DNA from: a virus
Lineage: Duplodnaviria > Caudoviricetes
Reading direction: 5' to 3' (one strand)
Length of the DNA stretch: 59,814 nt
Virus record (IMG/VR): IMGVR_UViG_3300032304_000176
Span: 1-59,814 of that record
Positions 37,314 to 45,271 of the stretch are shown here, in pieces (positions within the stretch are counted from its first letter, which is position 1; each line of letters starts with the position of its first letter). A program made the position numbers and the translations under genes. The notes below the pieces were generated by a model, which worked only from the letters and a program-made list of their open reading frames with translations, had not been told where the DNA came from and made no database searches.

Positions 37314-38054
37314 TTATGCTGCTACCGATGCAGCAAATCGATTCTTGAGTGAGCCATGCACAATGATAGTTACGCTTGCCTTTTTGCTATCAATGCCACC
37401 ACTGCATGCCATGCAGGTAGCGCATGTCAGACGCTTGTTAGCTTCCGCCGATGCAGGACAAATCATCTCGTGACCAAACTCTAGCCCGTCATTTGCACCA
37501 CGTACTCTAAACGTACGCCACCCGTCTAGTTTTGCCAGACGCATTTCTTTATGCGTGTCAGCCGATGCCATGCACCACTGTTTGACGTGATCCGCTTTGC
37601 CCGATGCCCATTGATGCGTGTAGCCAGTATGACCCGATGCACAGCGCGTTAGTTCTTCCCATACGAAAGCCGGAACCGCCGCCGGATCGCCATACGTACC
37701 GAGCCTGACCTTGCGTCCTAATACCGCAGTGGTTACGTTATACCCATCACTCAATTCATAAATCCCGCGCATTACGCCGTCCATCACTGACCTAGCGCCC
37801 TGACCTAGATTGACGTAGCACGAACCGCCTAGCCCACGCCGATGTTTGCAATCACCACACACAGATACATCATCTAGGTTGCGAGCGGATTCCACTGGGC
37901 TTAGACCATTGTCCGCCATGATGTACGTCTGCACCATGTCACCCGTCTTACTGTTTGCTGACTTGCCTGTTATTGCCACAACTACAATGGGCTTGCCATC
38001 TAGTAACGATGCACCACGATAAATGATGTAGCCCGAGGTTTTTTTGGTTGTCAT
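37314..38054 (-). CDS. Cys-rich protein, possibly Fe-S / radical-SAM-like
   Basis: NSKTG, CGDC-x8-CYV, VRLGTYGD, TGYTH and CPA-x8-CATCMAC. ATG 38054 follows GGAG. Confidence 0.6.
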   Translation of the reverse strand: MTTKKTSGYIIYRGASLLDGKPIVVVAITGKSANSKTGDMVQTYIMADNGLSPVESARNLDDVSVCGDCKHRRGLGGSCYVNLGQGARSVMDGVMRGIYELSDGYNVTTAVLGRKVRLGTYGDPAAVPAFVWEELTRCASGHTGYTHQWASGKADHVKQWCMASADTHKEMRLAKLDGWRTFRVRGANDGLEFGHEMICPASAEANKRLTCATCMACSGGIDSKKASVTIIVHGSLKNRFAASVAA

Positions 38055-38068
38055 GCTGTTCTCCAAGT

Positions 38069-38104
38069 TTAGGTACTACCTAATGTTAGGCGGGTTTCCC
38101 CGCC
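38069..38104 (-). promoter_or_regulatory. palindrome copy 4 plus identical GC hairpin
   Basis: Palindrome at 38069-38083; hairpin at 38089-38104 identical to 37292-37307. Confidence 0.85.
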
Positions 38105-38110
38105 ATTGGT

Positions 38111-38362
38111 TTAGTTGCGATACACGCCTAGTTCACCTGCATTGATCCACTCACTATGCAAATTGTATTTGCTTAACACTTCGTCAATTTTCGGATTGAC
38201 ACCGAAATCCCAATTAGATGGATACTCATATGAGTTCGCCCACTTGTAAGATTCTGGGTCTTCTGCACTGATCTGGAAACGACCGTCCATGTCATCACGT
38301 ACGTAGACCGGCACACCCATTTTTTGTAATGCGTTATATGCATTGCGGAATTCACGTTTCAT
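38111..38362 (-). CDS. small early protein
   Basis: 83-aa ORF with GGAGG RBS; C-terminal EWINAG. Confidence 0.75.
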   Translation of the reverse strand: MKREFRNAYNALQKMGVPVYVRDDMDGRFQISAEDPESYKWANSYEYPSNWDFGVNPKIDEVLSKYNLHSEWINAGELGVYRN

Positions 38363-38377
38363 TTAACACCTCCAAGT

Positions 38378-38392
38378 TTAGGTACTACCTAA
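38378..38392. promoter_or_regulatory. 15-bp palindrome copy 5
   Basis: TTAGGTACTACCTAA next to the RBS of 38362. Confidence 0.85.
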
Positions 38393-38424
38393 TGTTTTGC
38401 TACGATTTCTCAACAACAGACTGC

Positions 38425-38453
38425 ATTATGGCATAGTTCTTTCCGTTTGTCAA
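38425..38453 (-). promoter_or_regulatory. sigma70 promoter
   Basis: Minus strand TTGACA-17 nt-CATAAT with TGn extension. Confidence 0.75.
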
Positions 38454-38472
38454 GTACCCTTGTTGTGTATTA

Positions 38473-38824
38473 GGCAATTGTTCCTATTGTTCCGGTATTG
38501 TTCTGTGGGCGTGAAATGCAGAAAAGCGAGTAATGGCGCGGGTTTTGAGACCAGTTTTGCCCTTTGTTCCGTGTTCCGCCTATTTTGACGTGTTTGCGAA
38601 AAGAGCTAAGTAATCCGGCACACAGAAAAAACTCGTTTACACGTGTGCCCGAAAAAAGAAAAATATTCCTGATTACCCATTTTGACGGAACAAACGGAAC
38701 AATACAAAATCTTATATATAAATATAAATATAATCTAATATAATCAATAGGTTAGAACAGGAAACACGCCCGATTGCATTGTTCCGCTCGACGGAACATT
38801 ACTGAACAATGCTGAACAATTGCC
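38473..38824. other. putative replication origin
   Basis: Non-coding, about a dozen TGTTC/GAACA repeats in both orientations, an AT-rich tract near 38701-38748, bounded by the 11-bp inverted repeat GGCAATTGTTC/GAACAATTGCC. Confidence 0.6.
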
Positions 38825-38842
38825 GAAACAATAACATTAAGT

Positions 38843-38857
38843 TTAGGTAGTACCTAA
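38843..38857. promoter_or_regulatory. 15-bp palindrome copy 6
   Basis: TTAGGTAGTACCTAA, not next to an RBS. Confidence 0.8.
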
Positions 38858-39011
38858 GCTTTTCCTCTCCCACCACGCGACACCAGTTTCTGCCCTGCCT
38901 CGCCGCCGCCCCGTCTCTCTCACTCTCTCACACTATGTGCCGTTGCTGGGCTACTTCGTAGCCTTCCCGCCCACCCTCGTACTACAGACACCAGTTCCCA
39001 CGAAGTGGGCG

Positions 39012-39035
39012 AAAAAAAACCCCGCCGGAGCGGGG
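39012..39035 (-). terminator. intrinsic terminator
   Basis: Minus strand CCCCGC-TCCG-GCGGGG-T8 after 39052..39654. Confidence 0.85.
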
Positions 39036-39051
39036 CTTGATGTGGTGCTGA

Positions 39052-39654
39052 TTAGAACTGCTCGGCAGTGCCGTCGAATTCATCAAGTACGTCAACGATG
39101 TAAGCAGCAAGCGGAGCAAGTGATTCTGACTGTCGCATTTTTTCAACGAAAGCTCGCATTTGCTTTGCTGCCGTTTTTGCACTTGCTTTGCGCGGCAGCG
39201 CCAAGATAATTGTCGTCTCGTCATCCTTGGCAGGTTTAGTAACAACTATTGGTGCGGCAGGTTTTGCTTCAACTGCATCGCTGTCTTTTGGCGCATCCTG
39301 CTTTGTTGCTGCTTTCTTGGCCTTGGCCTTTGCTTTACTAGCATTCTCGTTATAATCTTTGCCGGTTTCAACTGCTTTACGAAAACAAGATAACGTGAAA
39401 GCTTTCGTGCTCGCACTTGGTTTTTTGCCGGTGAATCGCTCGACCAAGAAAGCTTGTGCGATTTTGCAAGTGCGTGCGTCGCCGACTGTGGCCTTTGCTG
39501 CGTGCAAGGCCTTGCAAGCTTCGTTTACTGCATCGCGCATAGTTGACATTGTGAGCGCACTGTTACCTGCTTTTTTGGCAAGTGCGATATGTTCTGGCTT
39601 GGCAACGATTGTGTTAACGACTGCGACTGCTTTGGCTTTTGACTTAGTTGTCAT
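39052..39654 (-). CDS. Ala/Lys-rich first early protein
   Basis: 200 aa with its own promoter, AGGAG RBS and terminator. Confidence 0.75.
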   Translation of the reverse strand: MTTKSKAKAVAVVNTIVAKPEHIALAKKAGNSALTMSTMRDAVNEACKALHAAKATVGDARTCKIAQAFLVERFTGKKPSASTKAFTLSCFRKAVETGKDYNENASKAKAKAKKAATKQDAPKDSDAVEAKPAAPIVVTKPAKDDETTIILALPRKASAKTAAKQMRAFVEKMRQSESLAPLAAYIVDVLDEFDGTAEQF

Positions 39655-39704
39655 TTTGATTCTCCTGATTAGGTTTAATTTAACTACTCTGTACTACAAG
39701 TAAC

Positions 39705-39733
39705 AAGATACAGGATTACTTGGCAAATGTCAA
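39705..39733 (-). promoter_or_regulatory. sigma70 promoter
   Basis: Minus strand TTGACA-17 nt-TATCTT. Confidence 0.7.
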
Positions 39734-39741
39734 CTATTATC

Positions 39742-39758
39742 TTTAGGTAGTACCTAAA
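39742..39758. promoter_or_regulatory. palindrome copy 7 (extended to 17 bp)
   Basis: TTTAGGTAGTACCTAAA just upstream of the -35 box. Confidence 0.85.
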
Positions 39759-39901
39759 CTTTCTGGCATGCCGCGACCCCACCCGTGGGGCACCCCCCGA
39801 ATGGCTATGAGTCTCCCCTCCCCCCGCTGCGCTGTGTTTTACACATTACGTCACCAACTCTTCACAACTACATACCAAAATAGCAACAAGCCCCCTCCCC
39901 C

Positions 39902-39929
39902 TTGCATTTTCTAAAATGCTATGTATACT
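39902..39929 (+). promoter_or_regulatory. candidate rightward promoter with an internal inverted repeat
   Basis: TTGCAT-16 nt-TATACT; GCATTTT-CT-AAAATGC overlaps the -35 box and spacer. Confidence 0.55.
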
Positions 39930-39993
39930 CCGCGCTAGGAAAAGGCCCCCCTTGTCTTTTCAAATCATATTGCCGTGGGGGGTATATATTTTT

Positions 39994-40066
39994 TTGCCGT
40001 CGGTGTGGTAGGACACGCAGCCCGACAAGGGAAGGTAAGTTGGTGCAAATCCAACACGGCAAACCA
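39994..40066 (+). ncRNA. tRNA-like element with defective anticodon arm
   Basis: 73 nt: acceptor TTGCCGT/ACGGCAA plus ACCA; D stem GTGT/ACAC; T arm GTTGG-TGCAAAT-CCAAC; anticodon stem pairs only 3 of 5. Confidence 0.6.
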
Positions 40067-40097
40067 ATCAGCAACGCTGAACAAATGACAATTTGCT

Positions 40098-40721
40098 ATG
40101 CCCCTAATCATCACACCTGAGATAGGCATCCCACTACCCTTTGACATTACGCCAGAGGAGGTAGAACAATTTCATGAACGCGCTAAGGCCGCAGTTGCCA
40201 CGCTACAAGAATTAATGGATGCAGGTGCCGAGATCGAGATCACACCAGAAGACAGCCGACAGGCTAGAGAACTTCTCGTTGCTGACAAACCATTCAAAGT
40301 AAGCAAGACAAGCCCCGGTGCAATACTTAAGTTAGAGTCGTTGCTAACAGAGTACGACCACGAGTTCTTGGGGGCAAACCGCCGCATTTCTAATTATGTA
40401 ACTAATCGTCTGCTAGAAGAGACGATGGATGAGGACGCTCGTGTGCGCTTGAAGGCGCTAGAGTTGCTGGGCAAACGCCGTGGGGTTAACTTATTCTCCG
40501 AGCAGATGGAGATCACAATACGCCAGAAGCCAACAGAAGATTTAGAAACAGAGTTAGCTACGCTGCTAGAGAAGTATATGGGCGATGCTGATGTAGTACA
40601 AAACGATCCACCTCCGATCATTGATTTAGATGCAGAACTTGGCGCTGAGCCACCCTTTGATGACTCCAGAGATACTACAGACACTGAAGACGAATCCGAA
40701 GCTACTAGCGACCCTGCCTGA
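40098..40721 (+). CDS. putative terminase small subunit
   Basis: Directly upstream of TerL; RLKALELLGK motif. Confidence 0.6.
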   Translation: MPLIITPEIGIPLPFDITPEEVEQFHERAKAAVATLQELMDAGAEIEITPEDSRQARELLVADKPFKVSKTSPGAILKLESLLTEYDHEFLGANRRISNYVTNRLLEETMDEDARVRLKALELLGKRRGVNLFSEQMEITIRQKPTEDLETELATLLEKYMGDADVVQNDPPPIIDLDAELGAEPPFDDSRDTTDTEDESEATSDPA

Positions 40722-42180
40722 AGAAGTTCAGATACGCGCACAGGAGTTGTTGGAAGAGCTAGATGCCCGTAAGGGGGCGGAGAGAGCACGTGCTCACTTC
40801 ATGGATTTTGTAAGACAGGTATGGCCTAACTTTATTAACGGGGCGCATCACATCAAGATGGCTCAAGCGTTCGAGAGGGTAGCTAATGGAACTTGCAAAC
40901 GTCTTATTATCAATATGCCACCTCGTCATACCAAGTCTGAGTTTGCTTCTTATCTCTTGCCAGCGTGGTTTTTAGGTAATTTTCCGCACAAAAAGGTCAT
41001 TCAAACGTCCCATACAGCCGAATTAGCGGTGGGTTTTGGTCGAAAAGTGCGAAATTTAGTCGATTTGGACGTGTATAAGAACATTTTTCCGTCAGTAGAA
41101 CTACAATCTGATAGTAAAGCAGCGGGTCGATGGAACACAAGTAAGGGTGGTGACTACTTTGCGATTGGTGTGGGGGGTGCTGTAACCGGAAAAGGTGCGG
41201 ATATCCTGATTATTGATGACCCGCATAGTGAACAAGAGGCTGCATTAGCTGAAATTAACCCAGAGATTTACGACAAAACGTATGAATGGTATACGTCAGG
41301 GCCGCGTCAGCGTCTGCAACCGGGTGGGGCTATCGTCATTGTTATGACGCGCTGGTCAAAGAAAGACTTGACCGGACAGGTACTGAAAGCTGCGGCTCAA
41401 CGTAGCGGGGAAGAGTGGGAAGTGATTGAATTTCCTGCGATATTGCCTAGTGGCAGACCCTTATGGCCTGAGTTTTGGAATATTAAAGAATTAACAGCCC
41501 TACGCACCGAGTTGCCTAACCAGAAATGGATGGCGCAGTACCAGCAGAACCCTACATCAGAGTCTGCGGCTATAGTAAAGCGTGAGTGGTGGCAGACATG
41601 GGAGCATGATGAGCCTCCGTTCTGTGAATTTGTGCTACAGAGTTGGGATACGGCGTTTGAAAAGACTACACGAGCTGACTATTCGGCGTGTACAACGTGG
41701 GGTGTCTTCTATCAGCCGGATGATGCGGGGATAACGCAAGCTAATATCATATTGTTGAACGCGTTTCGGGATAGGATGGAGTTTCCGACGCTAAAACGCA
41801 AGGCAGTTGAAGAATACAAGGAATGGGAGCCAGACTCGGTCATTATCGAGAAGAAAGCATCTGGTGCACCCCTAATATATGAGATGCGAGCGATGGGGAT
41901 ACCGGTACAAGACTTCACCCCGTCAAAAGGTAACGATAAGATTAGTAGATTGAACGCTGTTTCTGACATATTTGCTAGTAAACGTGTGTGGGTACCGAAC
42001 ACTCACTGGGCGGAAGAAGTGGTTGATGAGGTGGCATCCTTCCCCGGTGGGGATCATGATGACTATGTGGACTCCGTGTCTATGGCGATGATGCGCTTTA
42101 GAAGAGGCGGCTATATCAGGACAGTAAATGATGAGCCAGAAGACATCAGAGAGTTTAAGCGTAAGCGTGTGTATTACTAA
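40630..42180 (+). CDS. terL: terminase large subunit
   Basis: MPPRHTKSE, IIDDPH, VMTRW, QSWDTA, IEKKASG, HDDYVDS. The start may be 40660. Confidence 0.95.
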   Translation: MQNLALSHPLMTPEILQTLKTNPKLLATLPEEVQIRAQELLEELDARKGAERARAHFMDFVRQVWPNFINGAHHIKMAQAFERVANGTCKRLIINMPPRHTKSEFASYLLPAWFLGNFPHKKVIQTSHTAELAVGFGRKVRNLVDLDVYKNIFPSVELQSDSKAAGRWNTSKGGDYFAIGVGGAVTGKGADILIIDDPHSEQEAALAEINPEIYDKTYEWYTSGPRQRLQPGGAIVIVMTRWSKKDLTGQVLKAAAQRSGEEWEVIEFPAILPSGRPLWPEFWNIKELTALRTELPNQKWMAQYQQNPTSESAAIVKREWWQTWEHDEPPFCEFVLQSWDTAFEKTTRADYSACTTWGVFYQPDDAGITQANIILLNAFRDRMEFPTLKRKAVEEYKEWEPDSVIIEKKASGAPLIYEMRAMGIPVQDFTPSKGNDKISRLNAVSDIFASKRVWVPNTHWAEEVVDEVASFPGGDHDDYVDSVSMAMMRFRRGGYIRTVNDEPEDIREFKRKRVYY

Positions 42181-42189
42181 GGACTAATT

Positions 42190-44682
42190 ATGGCAATTGA
42201 TAAAGCACTAAACCAAGCCCCGATGGGCTTATCTAACATGAACGACCCGACGTTAGATGATGGGGCAATAGAGATTGAGATTGAAGACCCAGAAGCGGTT
42301 GACATACACGCGCCGGGATTTGATTTGCATATAGAGAAAGGCGAAGAGGAAGATGACTTTAGCGCCAATCTTGCAGAGGATATACCTGAAGATGTTCTAG
42401 CGATGATTGCTGGGGACTTAATAAGTGACTATGAAGAAGACATATCTAGTCGTAAAGATTGGATGCAGACGTACGTTGATGGCCTAGAACTATTAGGTAT
42501 GAAGCTTGAAGAACGTGCGGAACCTTGGGAAGGTGCTTGTGGTGTGTACCACCCGCTGTTAGCCGAGGCACTTGTTAAGTTCCAGAGCGAAACAATCATG
42601 GAGACGTTCCCTGCGGCTGGCCCAGTTAAGACACAGATCATTGGTAAAGAAACGCCAGCAAAGAAAGCATCCGCTGAGCGCGTACAAAATGATATGAACT
42701 ACCAGCTTACTGATGTGATGGTGGAGTACCGTGGTGAGCATGAGCGCATGCTGTGGGGCTTGGGTTTATCCGGTAATGCGTTTAAAAAGGTGTACTTTGA
42801 TCCGTCATTTGACCGTCAAGTAGCTGTATTTGTACCAGCGGAAGATGTGGTTGTGCCTTATGGCGCGTCTAATTTAGAGACCGCAGAGCGTGTAACACAC
42901 GTCATGCGCAAGACTGAGAACGAAATAAAACGACTACAAAATGCTGGGTTCTACAGAGATATTGATCTACCCGCGCCAAGTAATGTGCTTGATGAAGTTG
43001 AGAAAAAAATCGCAGAGAAGATGGGGTTCCGCGCAACATCGGACGACCGTTACAAGCTGTTAGAGATGCAAGTCTATTTGGACTTGGAAGGCTTTGAAGA
43101 TGTAGACGAGGACGATAACGAGACAGGTATAGCATTACCATACATTGTAACTATCGATAAAACTTCTCAAGAGGTTTTAGCTATCCGCCGCAACTACGAG
43201 CCAGACGACAAACTAAAACAAAAGCGCAATCACTTTGTGCATTACGGCTACATCCCCGGCTTTGGTTTCTATCACTTTGGTTTAATCCATTTGATTGGCG
43301 CTTATGCCAAGAGTGGCACATCGCTGCTTCGTCAGTTGGTTGATGCAGGTACGCTGTCTAACTTGCCGGGCGGTCTAAAGACTAAAGGCATGCGCACTAA
43401 GGGCGACGATACACCGATAGCTCCGGGTGAATGGCGTGACGTTGATGTAGCGTCAGGCACCATACGAGACAACATCCTCCCACTTCCATACAAAGAACCT
43501 AGCCAAGTATTAATGGCGTTGATGGACAAGATTGTGGATGAGGGTCGTCGCTTCGCTTCGGCTGCTGATTTGCAGATTAGTGATATGTCGGCTAACGCAC
43601 CGGTAGGTACGACGTTAGCTATGTTGGAGAGAACTCTTAAAGTGATGAGTGCCGTTCAGGCGCGTATTCACTACGCAATGAAGCAAGAGTTCCGCCTTCT
43701 TAAATCTATTATCGCTAACTATACCCCAGAGGACTACTCGTACGAGCCAGAAGAAGGTTCACGTCGCGCTAAAAAATCTGATTACGAGAACGTAGAAGTA
43801 ATTCCTGTATCAGACCCTAACGCTGCAACGATGGCGCAAAAGGTAGTGCAGTACCAAGCGGTTATACAAATGGCGCAAGCTAACCCACAGATTTATGATC
43901 AAGTGGAGCTTAACCGGCAAATGCTAGAGGTACTGGGTATTAAGAATATCGGTAAGTTGATACCTAGCGCCGAAGATCAGAAGCCAAAAGACCCAGTTCA
44001 AGAGAACATGGCAATACTAAACTTGAAGCCGGTCAAAGCGTTTATTTACCAAGACCATCAGTCACATATTCAAGTTCATATGTCGATGATGCAAGACCCT
44101 AAAGTGTTACAAGCGGTGGGCCAGAACCCACAAGCCCCTGTTATGCAAGCTGCGTTAATGGCACATATCAACGAGCACGTAGCGTTTGAGTACCGCAAAC
44201 AGATTGAAGAGCAGATGGGTATACCTCTGCCTAAGATGGACGAGGAACTTTCACCAGAGATTGAGATTCAAATTTCTCAGATGATGGCAATGGCAGCACA
44301 AAAACTGCTACAGAAAGACCAAGCGGAAATGGCGCAACAACAAGCGCAACAAGCGGCACAAGACCCGATTGTACAGATGCAACAGAAAGAGTTGGAAATC
44401 AAACAGGGTGAACTTGACCTTAAAAAGCAGAAACTTTCAGTGGATGCCGTTACTAAAGTTAAGCAAATTGAAGTTGAAAGAGAACGCATCGCCTCGCAAA
44501 AAGAGATTGCTGGCGCACAGTTGGGTGCTAAAACAGCCAAAGACAAAGCCGAATTGGACGCTAAACAGCGCCTAGAAGGTATTCGTATTGGTGCACAAAC
44601 TGCAAAAGAACGTGACCAAATGCAGTATCAACGTGAGCAAGCTAACAAACCACAACCAAATAAACCGACAAAAGGTGAATGA
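42190..44682 (+). CDS. portal protein
   Basis: 830 aa after TerL; P22-like, with a long Q-rich C-terminal coiled coil. Confidence 0.85.
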   Translation: MAIDKALNQAPMGLSNMNDPTLDDGAIEIEIEDPEAVDIHAPGFDLHIEKGEEEDDFSANLAEDIPEDVLAMIAGDLISDYEEDISSRKDWMQTYVDGLELLGMKLEERAEPWEGACGVYHPLLAEALVKFQSETIMETFPAAGPVKTQIIGKETPAKKASAERVQNDMNYQLTDVMVEYRGEHERMLWGLGLSGNAFKKVYFDPSFDRQVAVFVPAEDVVVPYGASNLETAERVTHVMRKTENEIKRLQNAGFYRDIDLPAPSNVLDEVEKKIAEKMGFRATSDDRYKLLEMQVYLDLEGFEDVDEDDNETGIALPYIVTIDKTSQEVLAIRRNYEPDDKLKQKRNHFVHYGYIPGFGFYHFGLIHLIGAYAKSGTSLLRQLVDAGTLSNLPGGLKTKGMRTKGDDTPIAPGEWRDVDVASGTIRDNILPLPYKEPSQVLMALMDKIVDEGRRFASAADLQISDMSANAPVGTTLAMLERTLKVMSAVQARIHYAMKQEFRLLKSIIANYTPEDYSYEPEEGSRRAKKSDYENVEVIPVSDPNAATMAQKVVQYQAVIQMAQANPQIYDQVELNRQMLEVLGIKNIGKLIPSAEDQKPKDPVQENMAILNLKPVKAFIYQDHQSHIQVHMSMMQDPKVLQAVGQNPQAPVMQAALMAHINEHVAFEYRKQIEEQMGIPLPKMDEELSPEIEIQISQMMAMAAQKLLQKDQAEMAQQQAQQAAQDPIVQMQQKELEIKQGELDLKKQKLSVDAVTKVKQIEVERERIASQKEIAGAQLGAKTAKDKAELDAKQRLEGIRIGAQTAKERDQMQYQREQANKPQPNKPTKGE

Positions 44683-44876
44683 TGGACAAAGTATTAGAGA
44701 TTATTAAGTCTCAAATAAACGACAAACAAGCGCAAGTGGCTATCGCCCTTAGCGGAGGGTCGGCAAAAGATTACGCAGAATATCGCGCAATGTGCGGTGA
44801 GATCAGGGGTCTCTCACTCGCAGAAGGTTACATACTTGATCTCGCAAACCAAATGGAGCGTAACGACGATGACTGA
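44679..44876 (+). CDS. small conserved head-module protein
   Basis: DYAEYRAMCGEIRGL; lies between portal and GroES. Confidence 0.7.
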   Translation: MMDKVLEIIKSQINDKQAQVAIALSGGSAKDYAEYRAMCGEIRGLSLAEGYILDLANQMERNDDD

Positions 44877-45261
44877 CATAGTAATCGCAACTGAGCATGG
44901 CGAAGTACCACAATCAGTAGAAGATAAAGCCAAACAACTACCTACACCTGTTGGGTACAAAATTTTGGTTGCCCTTCCTGAAGTTGACGACAAGTACGAA
45001 AGTGGCTTAGTCAAAGCAGGTACTACAGTGCACTACGAAGAAGTTCTTAGCACGGTATTTTTTGTCGTGGCATTAGGCCCCGATTGCTATACAGACAAGA
45101 CACGATATCCAACTGGCCCGTGGTGTAAGCCGGGGGATTTTGTTGTGCTTCGTTCTAATAGCGGTTCGCGTCTAAAGATTCACGGAAAAGAATTCCGCAT
45201 GATTAACGAAGACACAGTTGACGCTGTTGTCCAAGACCCACGTGGCATTAGCCGCGCATAA
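44869..45261 (+). CDS. groES: GroES-like co-chaperonin
   Basis: PVGYKILV..SGLV..VVALGP..KPGDFV..GKEFRMINEDTVDAVV. ATG 44869 follows GGAG. Confidence 0.85.
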   Translation: MTDIVIATEHGEVPQSVEDKAKQLPTPVGYKILVALPEVDDKYESGLVKAGTTVHYEEVLSTVFFVVALGPDCYTDKTRYPTGPWCKPGDFVVLRSNSGSRLKIHGKEFRMINEDTVDAVVQDPRGISRA

Positions 45262-45271
45262 GGAGAAGTAC

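Noticed and set aside
38397-39245. Short ORFs 38397..38588, 38937..39209 and 38982..39245
   Set aside because: They overlap promoter, iteron and terminator sequences or the 39052..39654 gene and show no recognisable protein features.
33536-39758. Palindromic repeats as a CRISPR array
   Set aside because: Copies are 15-23 bp and separated by 0.3-2.4 kb, mostly of whole genes, not by uniform spacers.
39994-40066. Functional canonical tRNA with anticodon ACA
   Set aside because: The anticodon stem has two mismatches and U8 and U33 are missing, so it is reported only as tRNA-like.
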